Of a stretch of DNA of 64,000 nucleotides, positions 36,301 to 45,291 are shown piece after piece. This DNA is from Thermoplasmata archaeon. Lineage in GTDB: Archaea > Thermoplasmatota > Thermoplasmata > Halarchaeoplasmatales > Halarchaeoplasmataceae. A program made the position numbers and the translations under genes. The notes beneath the pieces were generated by a model. It was not told the DNA's origin. It searched no databases and saw only the letters and a program-made list of their open reading frames with translations. The DNA lies in assembly GCA_046484045.1 (NCBI GenBank), contig JAWOBZ010000080.1, positions 28,630-92,629 of the forward strand, in the 5' to 3' direction. Each line of letters starts with the position of its first letter. Positions within the stretch are counted from its first letter, which is position 1.

Positions 36301-37385
36301 TGCTGGAGTTCGAGGTCGAAGAAAAGGACGGAAGAGCTAGAACGGGCGCTATGACGGTCAACGGTAGGAAGGTTAATACACCGCTTTTCATGCCCGTGGC
36401 GACAAGCGGGGACGTTAAAACGCTCATTTCCAGTGATCTGAAAAGCCTCGGAGTCCAAGCCTTGATAACAAACGCCTATCATCTTCTGATGAGACCGGGG
36501 ATCGAGATAATCGAAGAACACGGGGGTCTCCATGAATTCATGAATTGGGACGGAGTCATCTTCACCGACAGCGGGGGGTTCCAGATGATACGCAAGGGTT
36601 TCGATAAAAAGGTAGACAAAAAGGGGGTCCACTTCAAATCCGAGATAAACGGAAAGGAACTCTTCATCTCACCGGAGGAGGACATCGAGATCCAGAAAAG
36701 GCTCGGGTCTGACGTTGCCATGTGCTTGGACTACTGTCCGTCGTATCCAGCGGATCAAGATGAACTCGAGATGTCGGTGGATAGGACGACTAGCTGGGCG
36801 GAGAGATGCAGAAACGTTGACGGGGACATATTTGCCATCTCGCAGGGCGGAACGGATCCAACGTCGCGTGAAAGGAGCTGTCTGGAGTTGAGCGAAATCG
36901 ATTTCCAGGGCTACGCACTCGGCGGGCTGTCGATAGGAGAACCCGCCAGGGACATGTACCGTATGACCGAGATCGCAGACAGTGTATTTCCAGAGGATAG
37001 ACCCCGTTATCTCATGGGACTGGGATCACCCGTAGATATCTTAGAGTCCATAAAAAGAGGTGTGGATATATTCGACAGCGCCTATCCGACCAGGAACGCA
37101 AGGCACGGCACGGTGTTCACCTCTAGAGGCAAGATTAACGTCGAGAAGGGTAGATACCGAAGGGACAAAGGTCCCCTGGACGACAGCTGTGGATGTGAGA
37201 TCTGCGAGAACTACTCCCGAGCATATATCAACCACCTCAGTAGAGCCAACGAGATAACGTGGATGAAGATGACTACCATCCACAACCTGTATTTTATACT
37301 CAAGATGATGGAGGAAGCGAGAGCGTCTATAGCAAGGGGTGAATTCGAGGATTACTTAACAGAATTCAAAAATAATTACGGGTAA
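36297..37385 (+). CDS. tgt: Queuine/preQ1 tRNA-guanine transglycosylase, bacterial-type (no PUA domain)
   Basis: The 362-aa product has FMPVATSG, FTDSGGFQ, GGLSIGEP and the zinc site CGCEICENYSRAYINHL (CxCxxC...H). Confidence 0.85.
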   Translation: MMLEFEVEEKDGRARTGAMTVNGRKVNTPLFMPVATSGDVKTLISSDLKSLGVQALITNAYHLLMRPGIEIIEEHGGLHEFMNWDGVIFTDSGGFQMIRKGFDKKVDKKGVHFKSEINGKELFISPEEDIEIQKRLGSDVAMCLDYCPSYPADQDELEMSVDRTTSWAERCRNVDGDIFAISQGGTDPTSRERSCLELSEIDFQGYALGGLSIGEPARDMYRMTEIADSVFPEDRPRYLMGLGSPVDILESIKRGVDIFDSAYPTRNARHGTVFTSRGKINVEKGRYRRDKGPLDDSCGCEICENYSRAYINHLSRANEITWMKMTTIHNLYFILKMMEEARASIARGEFEDYLTEFKNNYG

Positions 37386-37418
37386 GATTTTTATCCGTCG
37401 ATGTCATCCTGTTGTTGA

Positions 37419-38681
37419 ATGTCCGGTAAATGCATCAAGTGTGACGAGGAAATCGATGATTTTTTCCTGATATGTTCAGATTGTGCGAGAGGACTCTTTT
37501 CAGACAATATGTTTTGGATAGCCGCCAGTCCGGTGATCGGACCGCCTGTAATAGACAGGTGTAAAGAGGATTCCGAACCCACGCTCACTATCGGTGAGAG
37601 ACCGGGAGACGAGCTTCAGTTCAGAGGGGGTAAAAAAACATTGGCAGAAGTCAAGGAACTCATGGAAAAACGTGGAAGTTCGTACTCCGAAGAAAATATC
37701 TTTCAGCGATACGATCGTATACTGGTTGAGATGGGGGTTCCGAAGCACATCGATTTTGACCATTACATCTATTCCAGGGAAAGCGTCAGGGTATTCACGG
37801 AGATATTTTTTGCCGTGGAAGAGATTCGTGAGGACAATAACGCATCTTTGTACGCACCTGGATTGTTCCTTAGACTTGGTAACCTCCTTCATTATACATC
37901 TAAGAAAACCGACGACAGTGCATTCGAACCGAAGTTCAGACATAAGGCCGTCGACGACCTCGTCGAAGAAGCTAAGAGCTACTACGAAATCGCAGAAAAA
38001 CTATCTGAAAAACCCGATATCCACGGGTATAATAACCTTGGAAAACTGCATCTCGACAACGGTGAATATGAATCCGCAAAGGATAATTTCCAAAGGGCTC
38101 TGAGGATCGACAAGGACAACTTCGATACCAGGATAGGACTGACCAAATCTCTGATCGGTCAAGAGCAGCCTGAAGAGGCGGAGAGGGTGGTCGACCAGAT
38201 GCTGAAAAAATTCTCCGATAAACCGGATGTCTGGTATCTCAAAGGCGATATCTCGTTCGTAAAGGATGTTTGGGGCGGTGCGATCCAATTCTATAATCAA
38301 GCACTTTCCAAAGACGATACCTTCCATAAAGCGAGGATGGCAAAAGCAAAGGTGTTCCATGAAAAGGGGATGCTTCAGGAGGCAAATGACGAACTCGATG
38401 ATCTCATAGAGAAGGATGAATCCAATGCCGAGGCTTGGTATATGAAAGCGGATATATTGGACAGGATGGAAAAGTGGGGTGGAGCTATACAGTGCTTGAC
38501 TCAGGCATTGTCTCTCGACCCACAGATGATCAGAGCGTGGGATCTCCAGGGAGATATATTGGTGGAACAGGAGCAGTTCGAAGAAGCCTTCGAGGCCTAC
38601 AATACTTCATTGAAGATATATCCTAATAGAGAAGAGATCGTCAAAAAGAAGAAAGAATGTGAAGAGATGATGGATCAGTGA
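37419..38681 (+). CDS. TPR-repeat protein with an N-terminal C4 zinc ribbon
   Basis: CIKCDEEIDDFFLICSDCARG lies at the N-terminus. About 8 TPR-like 34-aa repeats follow (AWYMKADIL..., AWDLQGDIL...). Confidence 0.7.
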   Translation: MSGKCIKCDEEIDDFFLICSDCARGLFSDNMFWIAASPVIGPPVIDRCKEDSEPTLTIGERPGDELQFRGGKKTLAEVKELMEKRGSSYSEENIFQRYDRILVEMGVPKHIDFDHYIYSRESVRVFTEIFFAVEEIREDNNASLYAPGLFLRLGNLLHYTSKKTDDSAFEPKFRHKAVDDLVEEAKSYYEIAEKLSEKPDIHGYNNLGKLHLDNGEYESAKDNFQRALRIDKDNFDTRIGLTKSLIGQEQPEEAERVVDQMLKKFSDKPDVWYLKGDISFVKDVWGGAIQFYNQALSKDDTFHKARMAKAKVFHEKGMLQEANDELDDLIEKDESNAEAWYMKADILDRMEKWGGAIQCLTQALSLDPQMIRAWDLQGDILVEQEQFEEAFEAYNTSLKIYPNREEIVKKKKECEEMMDQ

Positions 38682-38685
38682 CGGT

Positions 38686-38853
38686 TTAAACCGGCCATCT
38701 CCATTTTGCCAGTTCTATAACCACTAAACATGCTACAGCTACGATAAGGATCAATCTATGATCAAACTTGGGTCCTTTGGACTCTTCTTCATCGAAATAG
38801 CGCATCAATCCTGCTGCGGATTGAAAACCTCCGCCGCCTTGTTTTGCTGACAT
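38686..38853 (-). CDS. secG: Preprotein translocase subunit Sec61-beta (SecG, archaeal). It is below the ORF-track size cut-off.
   Basis: Hand translation gives MSAKQGGGGFQSAAGLMRYFDEEESKGPKFDHRLILIVAVACLVVIELAKWRWPV (55 aa). The AGLMRYFDE motif and the single C-terminal TM are typical of archaeal Sec61-beta. Confidence 0.65.
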   Translation of the reverse strand: MSAKQGGGGFQSAAGLMRYFDEEESKGPKFDHRLILIVAVACLVVIELAKWRWPV

Positions 38854-38897
38854 TGTTATCATATTATAGGCATGATTATTTAAGGATTACGTTCCAT

Positions 38898-40457
38898 CTA
38901 CCTTAGTTTTTTACCGTTCTTAAGGGTAAGCATGCTCGTGGAACCGCTCATCTTGATGAGTTCCTGCAGTGCGTTGGCATATTCCATGCCCTCCGAATTC
39001 AGTAATTTTTTCACGTAGCTCGAGAGGTACTCACCGGACTCGATCTCGTGGGAGTTGAATTTCCACTTCTTGGTGTCGCCTTTGTCTAAGGCGGCGAGAA
39101 AACCGAAAGCAAGTGATTTCATCCGCGTGTCAGATAGATTGGAATTATCTATCTGCCGTAGTACGCTGTCCTCACCCTTTATCTTGTAGAGCCTAGCCAG
39201 GTCGTTTGCGAGCTTGGCCTTAGGAGGCAGATCTTTGAACTCTGGCAGAGAAGACAACCTATCTTTTTCTTTCCTTTTACTCATGGCCTTCCGAAGTACG
39301 TCCCTCGGATTAACACTGGATTCGTGATACTTTTGATAGATTTGTTCCGCCATCCCATCATCGTTAGTGATTGTTTTTATTAAATCCAGTGCTCCCTCGT
39401 CCCAGACCTTCTCTAGAAGTTCGTTCACGGTGCCCTGCTCCAGGACTATCGAATTAGCAGATTCGATGGCTTTTTTGATCACTTCCTCCTCCCAACTCTC
39501 GTAATCGAACTGCCTGAGCAGTGCTCCCATATCACTCCCATAACAGTAATCTCCGACTATGTAAACCCGCGATCTATCCACCAGTGTTTTCATGGCGTCC
39601 CTTTTATACTTTCTGAGCAGTTCGCGATCCGAGGTTTCTCCACGCTCGTATGCCTTGACCAGATCTTTGTCCATTGAAATGTTCCTATCCAACTTACATT
39701 CAGAGCAGTCCGTCCTGCACATCATGTTGTACCTCGTGGAAATTTCGAATGACTTTGAATTATCCTTGGATATCATCCCGCGGCTCAGATGATGCACTAG
39801 ATTCTTGTTGTTATCAGCACACCTAGAACACAGTTTCAGAGTGAGTCCGGCGGCACTCCAGTCGATCTGTATGTATGATCGGTCACCGTTGGTTATGTGG
39901 GGACAGATTATCTTGTCACCCCTCTTCCTCATGTTGTACGGTAGAGAATCCAGCGTATTTTTGACGTATCCATTCGGTGGATTGTCCTTCTTACCGGTGC
40001 AAACTATATTGTCATCCCATGAGTAGAAGTAAAATCCCTTTTTTGCTTCGAAAGAATATGCCAAAAGCCTGAGGTGTGGATCGTTAAAATGCTGTACACC
40101 GATGAGCCTTTCTTCGTTGGCATTCCCTCTTTTTGCGTATGATATCTTTCCGTCTGGTGTCCTGGTACTAGCGAGCAAAGGCGCTTTATGTGTCAAAGCC
40201 AGGAGAAGTGTACCGGCGACGGCTTTGGCGAGGTCGGGCCCTTTGTTAGAGTATTTTTTTAGATACTCTTTGTCTTCTTTGTGTTTAACTATTTTTTTGA
40301 TATACTTTTCAGCTCTACTGAATTTGCATAAAAAACAACGGCCCTCACATTTCGGTATGACTTTCAAAGGGTCTTTTGCCAGTTTTCTAGCGTTGTTTAT
40401 CAGCTTTCTTTCCTGCACCTTGCTCGCACGTTTGGGTCTTTTTCTTCGCATTGCCAT
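38898..40457 (-). CDS. Hypothetical basic, Cys-rich (multi zinc-ribbon) protein
   Basis: 519 aa. The N-terminus is Lys/Arg-rich. Several CxxC pairs are present (CEGRCFLCKF, CPHITNG...CSRCADN, CRTDCSECK). There is no confident family assignment. Confidence 0.45.
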   Translation of the reverse strand: MAMRRKRPKRASKVQERKLINNARKLAKDPLKVIPKCEGRCFLCKFSRAEKYIKKIVKHKEDKEYLKKYSNKGPDLAKAVAGTLLLALTHKAPLLASTRTPDGKISYAKRGNANEERLIGVQHFNDPHLRLLAYSFEAKKGFYFYSWDDNIVCTGKKDNPPNGYVKNTLDSLPYNMRKRGDKIICPHITNGDRSYIQIDWSAAGLTLKLCSRCADNNKNLVHHLSRGMISKDNSKSFEISTRYNMMCRTDCSECKLDRNISMDKDLVKAYERGETSDRELLRKYKRDAMKTLVDRSRVYIVGDYCYGSDMGALLRQFDYESWEEEVIKKAIESANSIVLEQGTVNELLEKVWDEGALDLIKTITNDDGMAEQIYQKYHESSVNPRDVLRKAMSKRKEKDRLSSLPEFKDLPPKAKLANDLARLYKIKGEDSVLRQIDNSNLSDTRMKSLAFGFLAALDKGDTKKWKFNSHEIESGEYLSSYVKKLLNSEGMEYANALQELIKMSGSTSMLTLKNGKKLR

Positions 40458-40494
40458 TCAATTCCTCGTGATATCGGTATATATAATTTACTTT

Positions 40495-40698
40495 TCAATC
40501 TCCTCTAAAATAGAGTCCTACCGGTTCTCTGGTGTACTTTTTGGTCTTCCTGGCCTTCACTATAGATGCGGCCACGGCGGTCTTATTCGGTAGACTATCT
40601 GCATTCGTGATGCCCTCGTTGAGCGCTATACGGTTCAGCTCTTCTCTTGTGTGGTTATCCACCAGCTCGTCTACTTCCTCCATATTACCATCTAACAA
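40495..40698 (-). CDS. Small hypothetical protein (SAP/Rho-N-like helix-extended motif)
   Basis: 67-aa ORF containing ELNRIALNEGITNADSLPNKTAVAASIVKARK. Support is weak. Confidence 0.3.
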   Translation of the reverse strand: MLDGNMEEVDELVDNHTREELNRIALNEGITNADSLPNKTAVAASIVKARKTKKYTREPVGLYFRGD

Positions 40699-40759
40699 TC
40701 ATACAACCAATATTTTACTTTTTGGCATGAAAACGAAAACTATATTAGTTTTACATAGA

Positions 40760-41725
40760 ATGATGAGCAAGATGAAGGACATTTGGACGGAGAAGTACAG
40801 ACCGCAGACATTGGACGAGGTTTTCGGGCAGGAACAGGTGGTCGAGAGGTTGAAAGCCTATGTTAAACAGGGTAATATACCTCACCTCCTATTCGCCGGA
40901 CCTGCCGGAACGGGTAAGACCACGTCTGCCATAGCACTTTCTAAGGAGATATTCAAGGACAAATGGAAGTCGAACTTCTTCGAGTTGAACGCCAGTGACG
41001 AAAGGGGTATCGACGTTATCAGGAACAAGATCAAGGAGTACGCCAGGACGAGTTCACTGGGTGCAAGGGGGTTCAAAGTGATCTTCATGGACGAGGCGGA
41101 TTCACTCACTTCAGAGGCTCAAGCGGCGCTCAGGAGGACCATGGAGAAGTTCTCCAGCAACTGCCGGTTCATACTGTCCTGCAACTATTCATCCAAGATC
41201 ATCGATCCCATACAATCCAGATGTGCCGTATTCAGGTTCAGTAGATTGACCAAGGAGAACGTAAGAAAATGGATCCAGCACATCTCGGAAGAAGAGGGGT
41301 TGACGGTGACCGAGGATGCTGTGGAAACTCTTATAAGGATAGCCGAGGGGGATCTCAGGAAGGCGACCAACCTCTTACAAATATCCGCTTCAACCACGTC
41401 CGAGATCACGGAAGAGAACGTTAGACTGAGTGCCAACGTGGCGAAACCCGGTGACATCGAGGAGCTGATAAAGATCGCTATAGAGGGAGAGTTCATGGAA
41501 GTAAGAAACAAACTCCAGGACCTCCTGATCGAGTACGGTCTCTCCGGCTCCGACATCGTCAAACAGATACACCGCACGATATACGACATCCCCATGGACA
41601 ACGAAAGGAGGATGATGTTGGTGGACAGGATAGGTGAAGCCGAGTTCAGGATAGTCCAGGGCTCGAACGACATGATCCAACTCGAGGCTCTGCTGGCCAA
41701 CTTCGCCTTCGAGGTTGAAGATTGA
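40760..41725 (+). CDS. rfcS: Replication factor C small subunit
   Basis: WTEKYRP, the Walker A motif GPAGTGKTT, DEAD-like FMDEADSL, and SRC (SCNYSSKIIDPIQSRC). The start is placed at the internal MMSKMKD rather than the ORF-track start at 40532. Confidence 0.85.
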   Translation: MMSKMKDIWTEKYRPQTLDEVFGQEQVVERLKAYVKQGNIPHLLFAGPAGTGKTTSAIALSKEIFKDKWKSNFFELNASDERGIDVIRNKIKEYARTSSLGARGFKVIFMDEADSLTSEAQAALRRTMEKFSSNCRFILSCNYSSKIIDPIQSRCAVFRFSRLTKENVRKWIQHISEEEGLTVTEDAVETLIRIAEGDLRKATNLLQISASTTSEITEENVRLSANVAKPGDIEELIKIAIEGEFMEVRNKLQDLLIEYGLSGSDIVKQIHRTIYDIPMDNERRMMLVDRIGEAEFRIVQGSNDMIQLEALLANFAFEVED

Positions 41726-41727
41726 AC

Positions 41728-42156
41728 CTATTCTCCGATGATCTTTACAGTGATCTCTCTTTTTCTTGCCGGTACATCCATATCGCACAAGATTATCTGC
41801 TGCCACGTGCCGAGCTTCAGTTTTCCGTTAGAGATGGGTACGGTCAGACTGGGTCCTATGAAGGATGCTCTCACATGTGAATGACCGTTCCCGTCGTGCC
41901 ACTTTTCGTGATGTTTGTAGTACATATCTTTGGGGAAAAGTCTGTCCAGTGCTTCCGGCAAGTCGTGGAGTAGACCCGGTTCGTACTCGATGGTGGTGAT
42001 AGCCGCCGTGGAGCCGGAGACGAAGAAAAGTGCGATCCCTTCTTTGATCCCTGTTTTTTTGACGGCCTCTTGACCCTGGTTTGTGATGTTCTTTATGTCC
42101 AGTTCCTGATGTGTCTTTACGTGGATAGTGGTCTCTGCTACTGTCATGGTCGTCAA
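41728..42156 (-). CDS. yjbQ: YjbQ/UPF0047 family (secondary thiamine-phosphate synthase-like) protein
   Basis: 142 aa with the typical N-terminus ...TIHVKTHQELDIKNITNQ and the HVRASF region. Confidence 0.7.
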   Translation of the reverse strand: MTTMTVAETTIHVKTHQELDIKNITNQGQEAVKKTGIKEGIALFFVSGSTAAITTIEYEPGLLHDLPEALDRLFPKDMYYKHHEKWHDGNGHSHVRASFIGPSLTVPISNGKLKLGTWQQIILCDMDVPARKREITVKIIGE

Positions 42157-42401
42157 ATCGAAGTATGAAATATACCTGTTTTGGTCGTTTTTCCGTCTGA
42201 CGAACCGTCATACTTGTGTTTATTAGTTCGTTTTCGAACGATTATTTTATTTCTAAGACCATAATTATTTCATTTTTGGACCACTGGCTTTAATCAATTA
42301 ATAATCGGTATACACGTGAAAATCGTTTTATTTTTTTACCAAAAGATATATATATATTTAAAATATAAACTGAATTGCAATATTCCAAGGAGGAATATGA
42401 A

Positions 42402-45119
42402 ATGAATGTGAAAAAAATGAATAAAAGAATTAGTGTACTAGTATGCGCTATGCTTATGATGTCTTTGGTAGGACTTTTAGTTAGTCCTGCCCAGGCAGAA
42501 GACATAGCAGACAATCCCGACGATAGAGATGACTTTGTACGATTAGTAAGCACAACAAGTGATACAGGTGCCGCAGGTGATTACATAGACTGTTATGTAG
42601 GAGAAGAAGACGTTAGATTCGGACTGGAAGTTCAGTCGCTGCAGTATGGTGACGGAACTGGAAAGAACGTATCTAGAGTTTGGGTAGAATTGGATGTCAG
42701 CGCGCCCATATCCTGGGAAAACAGGGAAGAGACTCCAGGAGCACAGGGCGCAGACATGAGTGGAACTGAACCCGCTGCCAACTCGACGATAGTTTTCGGT
42801 GTCGACAGCGACGCATGGTACAATGCAAGACCGTTCGAGTTCGACGTTGACCCAGATGCCACACCCGGCGAGTACAGCATGACAGTGACTATCCACTACA
42901 GGTACGTAGACGAAACAAACACGGGACAAACCACAGAGCTCGAAACATGGATCCTTTTCGACATCATGGATAACACCATGGTCGATGATGGACAACCTGA
43001 TCTGTGGGCTGGAGAAGACTTCCAGCCGATAAGCTTCGACGTTGACCCAGATGCAGGAACGGTGAACATAGAAGATACGCACGTCACACTTGACGAAGCC
43101 AGTATCTCACCATCAGTAGACATCACCATCAGGGACGAAACCGCATTTATTCCTGGTGTATTAGCCAATCCAGACACAGCTAACTACAGATTCGATGTCG
43201 GAGCTGACGTACCACCGGATATCTACAGTGTAGATTACACACTCACAGCCATGAGAGCTGGAGTTGAGATCGAAGAAACTGGAAGAGTAAACTTCACAGT
43301 CGAATACACACCGAAAATAGAAGTGTCATACGATCCGATAGAGATAGAACAGGGAACTCTGACGTCAACGTTTAACGTTACCTTCGAGAACGTCGGCAAC
43401 GTGGACCTTAGTCAAGTGTATGTCGGTCTCAACGACGATCAAGACTATTTCCCAACCAAAGTTGAACATTACGAATACGGTGACGCTGTAGGTCCTGGAG
43501 CTTATTTATTGGGCGACGGCGATCTCGCAATAGCTGGTTCTGAGAGCATGACCTTCGGAATCGGATTCCACAGATACCTACAAGAAGGAGACCACAAACT
43601 GGAATTCAGATGGGACGGTTGGTATTACAACGACGGTTCCACTGGAGATCCAAGCTCTTACGAGCACATCGGTGTTGATTGGGCCGATGCAGACCCAGAC
43701 ACAGCATTCTTATACAATGTAGTTGCAGATAACCATGAATATGATAACCCTGGAGGAGACACTATCATTGGAGCCGCAGACCCATGGACAGAGCCGTATG
43801 CGATGATGTCGGTAGTTGACGAAGTCATAGACATGGAAGGGACCGCAGTAGGCAGTGTAATACTCGACGGAGATATCACATATGTACAGTTCCAAGTTAC
43901 GATATTCAACTATGAACTCGTAGATTTCAAGGATATCGAAGCCGTCCTGAACGTAGGAAGCGGAACTCCGTTCTTCCACCCACAGGACCACACGGCTACC
44001 ACGGTAGAGATGGACAAATCAGTATCAGATACAGAGATAGCTGCTTACGATCCAGCTACAGGTGACCCGGGAGAAGCTGATTTATCCTTCAACGTGGACA
44101 CCAACGACGACTTCGTTGCTGATACATTGTCCGGTAATGCTCACGCATACGCTGGAATAGTAACCATCAATAGGATGGTCAACGAAGACACACTGGAAGA
44201 GGTAACCAATCAGGACGTACCGATAGACGGAGAACTAGAAGGACTCGGACCCAAGATGGTCGTAGAAGGAACACTAGAGGATGACAAGGTCAAAGCCGGA
44301 GAGATGTTCAACCTGACCTACACACTTTCAAACCACGGCGACGACGTAGCTAGAGACGTATGGATGACCATGCAGCCCGAGTTATACGACAACGACGACT
44401 GGACGATCCACGATGGATTCATAACTGCCATCGCATCCGACAACGAAACGATGTCGATGTGGGGCATGTCAGAAGCCACAAACACAGAGTACTCCGAAGT
44501 GACCCTCGAAAACCTCGGTATCAACGATGCCAAGGAGATCGTCGAACTGCACATGTACGTGGAAGGTGCACTTTCCTCACCACAACCGCACATTTGGACG
44601 ATGTACGTCGGCGAACTCGCACCCGGTGAAGAGATCGAAGTGACCTGGCAGATGGTATCTGACAGGGACATGGAGATCGGAAAACCGTACCAGGAAGACA
44701 TCGAAGTTACTTGGATGGATTCAAACGGTGCCAACGATACACAGGTATTCCCAACTACCATCAGAACACAGAGTAAAGGTGAAACCTACGAGCCAAGCAG
44801 TGGATTCGCAGGAACTTCAACCGAAACCGGCTTGATAATCGTGTTCATCATAATCGTGATAGCACTACTGCTCATCGTTATGATGACTACGAAGAAAGGC
44901 GGTAAGAAAGAAGAGCCTGAAGAGGAAACCTGGGAAGAACCTGAACCAGAACCAGTGATGGAAGAAGAGACAGTCGAAGAAGAACCTTGGGGCGAACCTG
45001 AAGAGGAATCTTGGGAAGAAGAACCCGAAGAGGAATCCTGGGAAGAAGAACCCGAAGAGGAATCCTGGGAAGAAGAACCCGAGGAAGTCGAAGAATCCAA
45101 AGAAGAGGAAGTCTGGTAA
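42402..45119 (+). CDS. Large secreted cell-surface protein (S-layer/adhesin-like) with a C-terminal TM anchor and acidic repeat tail
   Basis: Signal peptide MNKRISVLVCAMLMMSLVGLLVSPAQA, an AT-rich strong promoter region and GGAGG RBS upstream, C-terminal TM LIIVFIIIVIALLLIVMM, then an (EEPEEESWE)n tail. Confidence 0.7.
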   Translation: MNVKKMNKRISVLVCAMLMMSLVGLLVSPAQAEDIADNPDDRDDFVRLVSTTSDTGAAGDYIDCYVGEEDVRFGLEVQSLQYGDGTGKNVSRVWVELDVSAPISWENREETPGAQGADMSGTEPAANSTIVFGVDSDAWYNARPFEFDVDPDATPGEYSMTVTIHYRYVDETNTGQTTELETWILFDIMDNTMVDDGQPDLWAGEDFQPISFDVDPDAGTVNIEDTHVTLDEASISPSVDITIRDETAFIPGVLANPDTANYRFDVGADVPPDIYSVDYTLTAMRAGVEIEETGRVNFTVEYTPKIEVSYDPIEIEQGTLTSTFNVTFENVGNVDLSQVYVGLNDDQDYFPTKVEHYEYGDAVGPGAYLLGDGDLAIAGSESMTFGIGFHRYLQEGDHKLEFRWDGWYYNDGSTGDPSSYEHIGVDWADADPDTAFLYNVVADNHEYDNPGGDTIIGAADPWTEPYAMMSVVDEVIDMEGTAVGSVILDGDITYVQFQVTIFNYELVDFKDIEAVLNVGSGTPFFHPQDHTATTVEMDKSVSDTEIAAYDPATGDPGEADLSFNVDTNDDFVADTLSGNAHAYAGIVTINRMVNEDTLEEVTNQDVPIDGELEGLGPKMVVEGTLEDDKVKAGEMFNLTYTLSNHGDDVARDVWMTMQPELYDNDDWTIHDGFITAIASDNETMSMWGMSEATNTEYSEVTLENLGINDAKEIVELHMYVEGALSSPQPHIWTMYVGELAPGEEIEVTWQMVSDRDMEIGKPYQEDIEVTWMDSNGANDTQVFPTTIRTQSKGETYEPSSGFAGTSTETGLIIVFIIIVIALLLIVMMTTKKGGKKEEPEEETWEEPEPEPVMEEETVEEEPWGEPEEESWEEEPEEESWEEEPEEESWEEEPEEVEESKEEEVW
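45000..45080 (+). repeat. Three tandem copies of a 27-nt unit (gaagaggaatcYtgggaagaagaaccc) encoding the EEESWEEEP repeats
   Basis: Exact or near-exact tandem units are seen directly at 45000-45026, 45027-45053 and 45054-45080. Confidence 0.9.
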
Positions 45120-45158
45120 GTCTTGAGAGCTTTGCTCGAAAGATATCGAGAAATCCTC

Positions 45159-45225
45159 AAGGATTTCTGGTAAACTTCCGGTAAAACAAAACCTTTAAAC
45201 CCTTTTTTTTCTTTTTTCTATTTCT
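45159..45225 (+). terminator. Hairpin (agaaatcct-caa-ggatttct) followed by a long T-tract, downstream of the surface-protein gene
   Basis: A perfect 9-bp inverted repeat is seen at 45159-45181. ccctttttttttcttttttc follows at about 45205-45225. Archaeal terminators are oligo-T. Confidence 0.4.
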
Positions 45226-45291
45226 TAAGATTTTCGTCCAAAGTTTTCCAAAAATTTTTACCCTCTAGAACTCATACCCTCTTGAATCTAC

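Noticed and set aside
40532-40759. Long N-terminal extension of rfcS in the ORF track (start at 40532)
   Set aside because: The extension is hydrophobic and Ser-rich and unlike RFC. The canonical RFC N-terminus (KYRP...GPAGTGKT) begins after the internal Met at 40760.
42543-44761. ORFs of 80-180 aa on the minus strand within the large surface-protein gene
   Set aside because: They are antisense to a long, well-supported + strand ORF with a signal peptide and a strong promoter/RBS.
44786-45160. 124-aa Ser/Gly-rich ORF on the minus strand
   Set aside because: It is the antisense reading of the acidic EEESWEEEP tandem repeat tail of the surface protein and therefore a repeat artefact.
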